A stretch of 64,000 bases of DNA from the human T2T-CHM13v2.0 reference genome, Homo sapiens, in the NCBI RefSeq assembly GCF_009914755.1, contig NC_060928.1, one strand, 5' to 3'. The stretch's first letter is position 1, and each line of letters opens with the position of its first letter. A program made the position numbers and the translations under genes. A model generated the notes under the pieces. It worked only from the letters and a program-made list of their open reading frames with translations. It was not told where the DNA came from and did no database searches. This document shows, one piece after another, positions 57,723 through 64,000 of the stretch.

Positions 57723-57995
57723 AAGAAGAAGAAAGGAAGAAAGAAGAAATGAAGAGAAGAAAGAAAAAGAGAAAGAAAGAAAGAGAGACAGAGGGAAGGA
57801 AGGAAGGAAGGAAGGGGAAGGGAAGGAAAGGGAGGAAGGAAGGAGAGGAGGGAAGGGAAGGGAGAAAAGGAAGGAAGGAGAGAGAGAAGAAAAGAAAAAA
57901 GAGAAAGAAAGAAAGAGGGAGGGAGGAGGGAGGGAGGAAGGAAGGAAGGAAGAGAGGAAGGGAGGGAGGGAGGAAGGGAAAAGAAGAAACAAAAA
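57723..57995 (+). repeat. Polypurine (GGAA/GAAA/GGGA)n tract
   Basis: About 270 nt almost exclusively A/G. Confidence 0.93.
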
Positions 57996-58008
57996 ATAAA
58001 TGGCTTTA

Positions 58009-58305
<297 letters not shown>

Positions 58306-58759
58306 TCTATTAGGGTTCTCTAGAGGGACAGAACTAACAGGATAAATATATATATAAAAGGAGTTTATTAAGGAGTATTGACTCACATGATCACAAGGTG
58401 AGGTCCCACATTAGGCCACCTACAAGCTGAGGAGCAAAGAAGTCAGTCCGTCAGTCCAAGTCCCAAAGCTCAAGAACCTGGAGTCCGATGTTTGAGGGCA
58501 GGTAGCAGGCAGCATGGGAAAAGATGAGGGCCGGAAGACTAAACCAGCCTAATCTTTCCACATTTTTCTGCCTGCTTTTATTCTGGCCATGCTGGCAGCT
58601 GACTAGATTGTGCCCACCCAGACTGAGGTTAGGTCTGCCTTTCCCAGTCCACTGACACAAATGTTAATCTCCTCTGGCAACACCCTCACAGACACACCCA
58701 GGAACAATACTTTACATCCTTCAATCCAATCAAGTTGACTCCCAATGTTAACCATCACA
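58306..58759 (-). mobile_element. MLT2A-type (HERV-L) solo LTR
   Basis: Reverse complement begins tgtgatggttaacattgggagtcaacttgattggattgaaggatg, like the MLT2A 5' end; 5-bp flanks CAAAC / CAAGC. Confidence 0.82.
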
Positions 58760-59426
58760 CAAGCCAACCCTAAAATAAATGGCTTAAATAATAAGCTCTT
58801 TGTATGACTTTCTTGAACTTAGCAGGTTGCATTACATTTACCAAGTTGGGGATTCTTCTCAAAATTATGAAGACTCATCATGGAATCTAACACTACTAGC
58901 AATGATACCCAGAAACCAACCAAAAACTCCAGAAAATCAAATTTTATCTTCTGAACTTTAAATCACTGATTATGTCCCTGATAAAGTGATACTTTAAATT
59001 CTATTTAATACTTGGAGCACATTTTTTATTTTTATTTTGGCAGAAGCCCACTGGTGAAAATGTAGGAGTGAGGTAGATCTAGATTTGAATGTCTCCTCTC
59101 TCCCACCCTCCCTCCCTCCATCTCCTCCTCTCTCTATGTCATTAATTATCTCATTTTACTTCCCCTGTGCCAGGTCAGGCACTGTTTTAGGTGCTGGGAA
59201 AAAAAACAGTGAACAAGATAGTCAAGGTATCTGCCCTCATATAGCTTACATTCTAGTAAGGTTCAGGAAGAATAGATAATAAGCAACATACAAAGGAACA
59301 AATAGAAAATATCAGAAAATGATAAGTGCTGCTCAAAAATATAAAATTGATTGATGAGAAAGAAAGTAATTCAGTGGCTACTTCAGTTTAGGTGACCAGG
59401 GAAGATCTCTTTAAGAGGAGACATCT

Positions 59427-59852
59427 GACTGGGTGCAGTGGCTCATGCTTATAATCCCAGCACTTTGGGAGGCCAAGGCAGGCAGATCGCTTGAGGTCAG
59501 GAGTTCAGGACCAGCCTGGCCAACATTGGCCAATGCTTGTCTCCACAAAAATGCAAAAATTAGCCAGGCATGTGATGCGAATCTGTAATCCCAGCACTTT
59601 GGGAGGCAGAGGCGAGTGGATCACAAGATCAGGAGTTCAAGACCAGGCTGGCCAAGATGGTGAAACCCCATCTCTACTAAAAATACAAGTTAGCTGGGCG
59701 TGGTGGTGGGTGCCTGTAATCCCAGCTACTTGGGAGGCTGAGGCAGAGAATTGCTTGAACCCAGGAAGTGGAGGTTGCAGGGAGCCAAGATCACTCCACT
59801 GTACTCCAGCCTGGATGACAGAGTGAGACTCCATCTAAAAAAAAAAAAGAAG
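59427..59852 (+). mobile_element. Alu trimer (left-left-right monomers)
   Basis: Two left monomers, then a right monomer and tail; single TSD aaga[g/a]gagacatctg. Confidence 0.85.
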
Positions 59853-59981
59853 AAGAAGAGACATCTGAGACACCAGCAACCATGAGAAGTGAGAATAGCA
59901 TTAAAGTTAGAGGATACAGCTAGTGCAAAGGCCACAAGGTGGGAAATGAGCTGAACATTTTCTGCAAACTGAAAAATCAAT

Positions 59982-60399
59982 TTTATGGTCTGAATTGTGT
60001 CTCCCGAAAAATTCATGTTGACGTCCTAACCCACAGTACCTCAGAATGTGGCCATATTTGGAGATACAGCCTTTAAAGTGGGATGTAAGTCAACGTGGCA
60101 TCATTCAGGAGAATCCTAACATAATATGACTGGTGTTTTTATAAGAAAAGGAAATTTGGACATGGGCACATACCAAGAATAGGTGATGTGAAAACACAGG
60201 CAGATCATGGCCATCTACAAGCCAAGAAGAAAGGTCTCAAACACATATTTTCCTCAAGGCCCTCAGAGGAAACTAACACTGCTGACATCTTGATATCCAA
60301 TTTCTAGTCTTCGGAACTGTGAGAAAATTAATTTCTGTTGTTTAAGGCACCCAGTTTGCATGACTCTTATTGTTATGGCTTCCCTAGCAAATCACTACA
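59982..60399 (+). mobile_element. MaLR LTR (MLT1A-C-like)
   Basis: tatggtctgaattgtgtctccc...aattcatgttgacgtcctaaccc...gaactgtgagaaaattaatttctgttgtttaag. Confidence 0.75.
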
Positions 60400-61373
60400 A
60401 CCAATGTGACTGGAATGTAGTGGATTAGGATGACAGAGATGAAATGAGTTTACAGTGGTGAGTAACAGCCACGTTTTTTAAGAAGTTTGGATATTTTTCT
60501 AGGTCTAGTGAGAAGCCATTGACTGGTTTTAACCAGAAAAAGTCAAACTTATCGCAGAATGGAGAATGGACTGTAGAGTCAAGAGTAGAGGAAAGTGACC
60601 AGTAAGGAACACATGTGGTATTCAAGAGATAATGGCAGGTTAGGCTAAAGTGATACAAGAAATGATAGAGGAAGTATATTTTAAACATATTTTGGTAATA
60701 TAGTCAACAGGACTTGCTGACAGTGGAAAATTTAAATGCTAGTACTGTATTACCACAGGTAGAACTAAAATTTTATTCATTGACTACCTAGTTGTGGAAC
60801 CTAGATTCTGTTTAAGTAATTTTTCTAAGGATATTTCATCAAATCAAATGACTTTCATTAAACACATCTTTCATCAAAATCTAAAAGTAGCAAATCACAA
60901 GTTCAGGAAGAATTTCACTTACATCTGTAATCAAGGCATCATTATTAAATTATTCATTGATTGGTTCTTTTTTGTTTGCTCTGTTCTTGACATAAAAATT
61001 TTAGACTGTGATCAATATGATTATTTCTTTTTAAAATATGTTTAGACCCTCATTGTTAATAACCTTATGAGATCATATCCTTTTTATGACTCACCTAAAA
61101 TTTTGACAGAAGCAAGTAAACAAGTTATTAACCGTACCAGAGTCTCCTTTCAATTGTTATAGGCTTGCTGATGTTCTATGCTAATGTTGTGAATTCAGAA
61201 AGGAGTTTAGCTGCTAGAATCTTAGGATAGTTTACTGACCTTAACATGTTTTCCTACATTATGAGACGAGCTGTGTTGTTATAAGCCTAACTCAGCACTA
61301 GACACCAAGTTTTTCTTAAGACCAGGGGGCCATTGCAGGTTTGGTGAAGAAACCACAGACAGCTGGAATTAAT

Positions 61374-61685
<312 letters not shown>

Positions 61686-62715
61686 TAAGCTCTTCTTGAA
61701 ATGAGACTAGTTACTTGACTGTCACTGAGTACCATGGGCTGATGTCTGTAGGGAGAAGGGCATGATTTTGCTGATCATGCTGGTAGTCAGCTGGCTGTGC
61801 TGATCTAGGATGGCCTGGGCCAGGACTTTACAACCTGGCTCTGCACAATGTGTCTCCCTTCTACCAGCAGTGGAGCCCAGGCACAGTCTCTTGGCAACTA
61901 CAGGGAACAAGAGAGACATAGCAATTGCACAAGTAATTTCCCAGCCTCTATAGTTGTCATATTGATTTTGGACATGTCACCACCCAAAATAAGTCACATG
62001 GCTGACCCACAGTCAGTGTGGGAGAGAATAAAAAAGTACATGGCAAAGGATGTGGATACAGGGAAGGGTGAAATTCAGATCTCAATGCAATCAAACACAG
62101 ACATTTCTTGATGTTAGTTCATCCACTAAATCGCATACAAAACCACAAAGAAAAGCTATATAATAAAAAGTGGCAAACCCAAAATTAAAATAATGGCACA
62201 TTGAGAGACATATTTGCATTTCTAATATATAAGGATCACATTCAAATTTATAAGAAAAAAAAAAGATTCCAGTGGTAAATTCCCAAAGGACAGGAAACAA
62301 TGTTCCTTTAAGAAGAAATATAAGAAGTGAACAAGTACATGAAACAAATGTCTATCTTCATTTGTGATACAACAATTAAAGCTAACCTAAGATAGAATTT
62401 GCACTTAATAAATTAGCAGAAAAATGAAAGTTTTAAACAAGTGCAAATAAAATGGATGAGTTACAATTCCATTGGAACATAATATGGCAATATACAGAAA
62501 ATATTTATTGCAACATAATTTTGCTCTTGCTGTTCTGTCTACTTCATCTATTCATATGCCTCAACTCCTTATTTCATTTAAAAATTCTCTCCAAAGTTAC
62601 CTTCTCCAAAAGGCCTCCCCTGAGATCCCTGTCTAAAATAGTGTAACTTTCTGTCACCTTTTAGGTTTTCTCCATAGCACCTATTACTATCTGATCATCT
62701 ATTATAAATTTAATT

Positions 62716-62912
62716 GTGATGATGGGCTTTTTTTCATATGTTTCTTGGCCGCATAAATGTCTTCTTTTGAGAAGTGTCTTTTCATATCCTTTGCAAACCA
62801 CCATGGCATGTGTATACCTATGTAGCAAGCCTGCACATTCTGCACACATATCCCAAAACTTAAAGTATAATAAAAAAAAATGGCTAGATATGTTGTTTTA
62901 GATTAAAAAAAA
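62716..62912 (+). mobile_element. Miniature L1PA insertion with 5' inversion, inserted into an L2 relic
   Basis: 62716-62794 is antisense ORF2 sequence; 62793-62880 is the sense L1 3' end with A-tail. L2-like sequence lies on both sides. Confidence 0.8.
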
Positions 62913-64000
62913 TTTTTAATTGTTTATTTCTTGTAGGTCTCCCTCACTAGAATAAAAACTCAATAAAGACAAGAACTTCGTTCACCGTTTTCACAGCTTT
63001 GTCTCCAGACATAAAACAATGGCCAACACAGACGCTTAAATACTTGGTAAATCAATGAATAAATGAGTAAATAGATGGCTAAATAAAAAGAGCGAACAAA
63101 TATATATATTCTTTTTATCAGTATAATCATAAAGAAAAAATTCAAAAGAAACAAAAGCTACATTCCATAAGATGTTCGTAAGTGCATTAACTGTAATAGC
63201 AGAAGAGCAAACCCCATCTAAACATCTAATGACAGGGCTTTAGCCATTTATTAATCCATTTATTCAAGAAATGTTTTTTGAGTGCTCACTAGATGCTAGG
63301 AACTCTATTTGCCTTTCTACACTGAATTTATTCTAGTGAGAGAAATAGCCATTAAAGACATCAGTATGTACTACGATGCCAGGCAATGATAAATGCTGGG
63401 AAAAGAAAAATCAGGAAAGTTTAAAGAGTGAGGGAATAGGGTATTCAATGTTACCTTATTATTAGGAGATTTATGTAGAAAAGTGTTTATAATTCAATGT
63501 GTGAAATACAACACAACATTATATAGTGAACATTTTAATAGCTATGTAGAAATATATAGTCATGGTAACATGAATTGGAAAATCAAAGAAATAATAATTA
63601 GGTAATAAAACTATGGAAATTTTTAATTTTTAAATTCTTTATTATTGCACTTCTCCATTAAAAAAAAAGCAACATGGAAAAAAAGAAAAGCAACTTGAAC
63701 AAGAAAACCTAAAGTTTAGAACTTCTGGAACATACTGTTCACGCTGTCTTTTGGACAAGCCCCTTAATCTGTATACAAAATAGTTGGGAGGTAGGCTGAA
63801 ACTTTGGCGTTTTGGACCTCCTTTTCTAGAAAATCAACAATATCATTTGCTCCACTTCTTGTTTCAATGAATCATCTGAGTTATCTAGATTTTCTGTTGG
63901 GCACAAAAACATTCATTCCTATCGAAAATAAAACATTCTACAGAAATAATCTACCACAATTTACAATTGAGGTAATTTATTATAATGCCTGAATTCTATA

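Overview
Human (primate) genomic DNA carrying the 3' half of BANK1 (B-cell scaffold protein with ankyrin repeats 1) on the + strand. Eight coding exons with canonical AG/GT boundaries splice into one open frame matching the recalled BANK1 C-terminus (about residues 429-785, ending ...CCKKDH*). A non-coding last exon and poly(A) signal follow at about 50.9 kb, then about 13 kb of repeat-rich downstream DNA. Exon numbers 9-17 are counted back from the recalled 17-exon model. The introns hold many Alu, L1, L2/MIR, MER20 and LTR relics. Most of the short ORFs in the supplied track are repeat-derived or random. I see no new multi-gene system. The best second-look items are: (1) exons 9 and 10 look like an ancient tandem exon duplication; (2) exon 15 starts with GTAAGG, so the exon 14/15 junction rebuilds a 5' splice site (recursive-splicing candidate with an NMD-escaping product); (3) a tailless 39-nt U2 snRNA retrocopy whose target-site duplication duplicated an AATAAA just past the BANK1 3' end; (4) a perfect 36-bp inverted duplication near exon 13; (5) two twin-primed L1s and two short apparent 3' transductions; (6) a pristine AluYa5. 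All alignments and repeat subfamily calls were made by eye from recalled consensus sequences.
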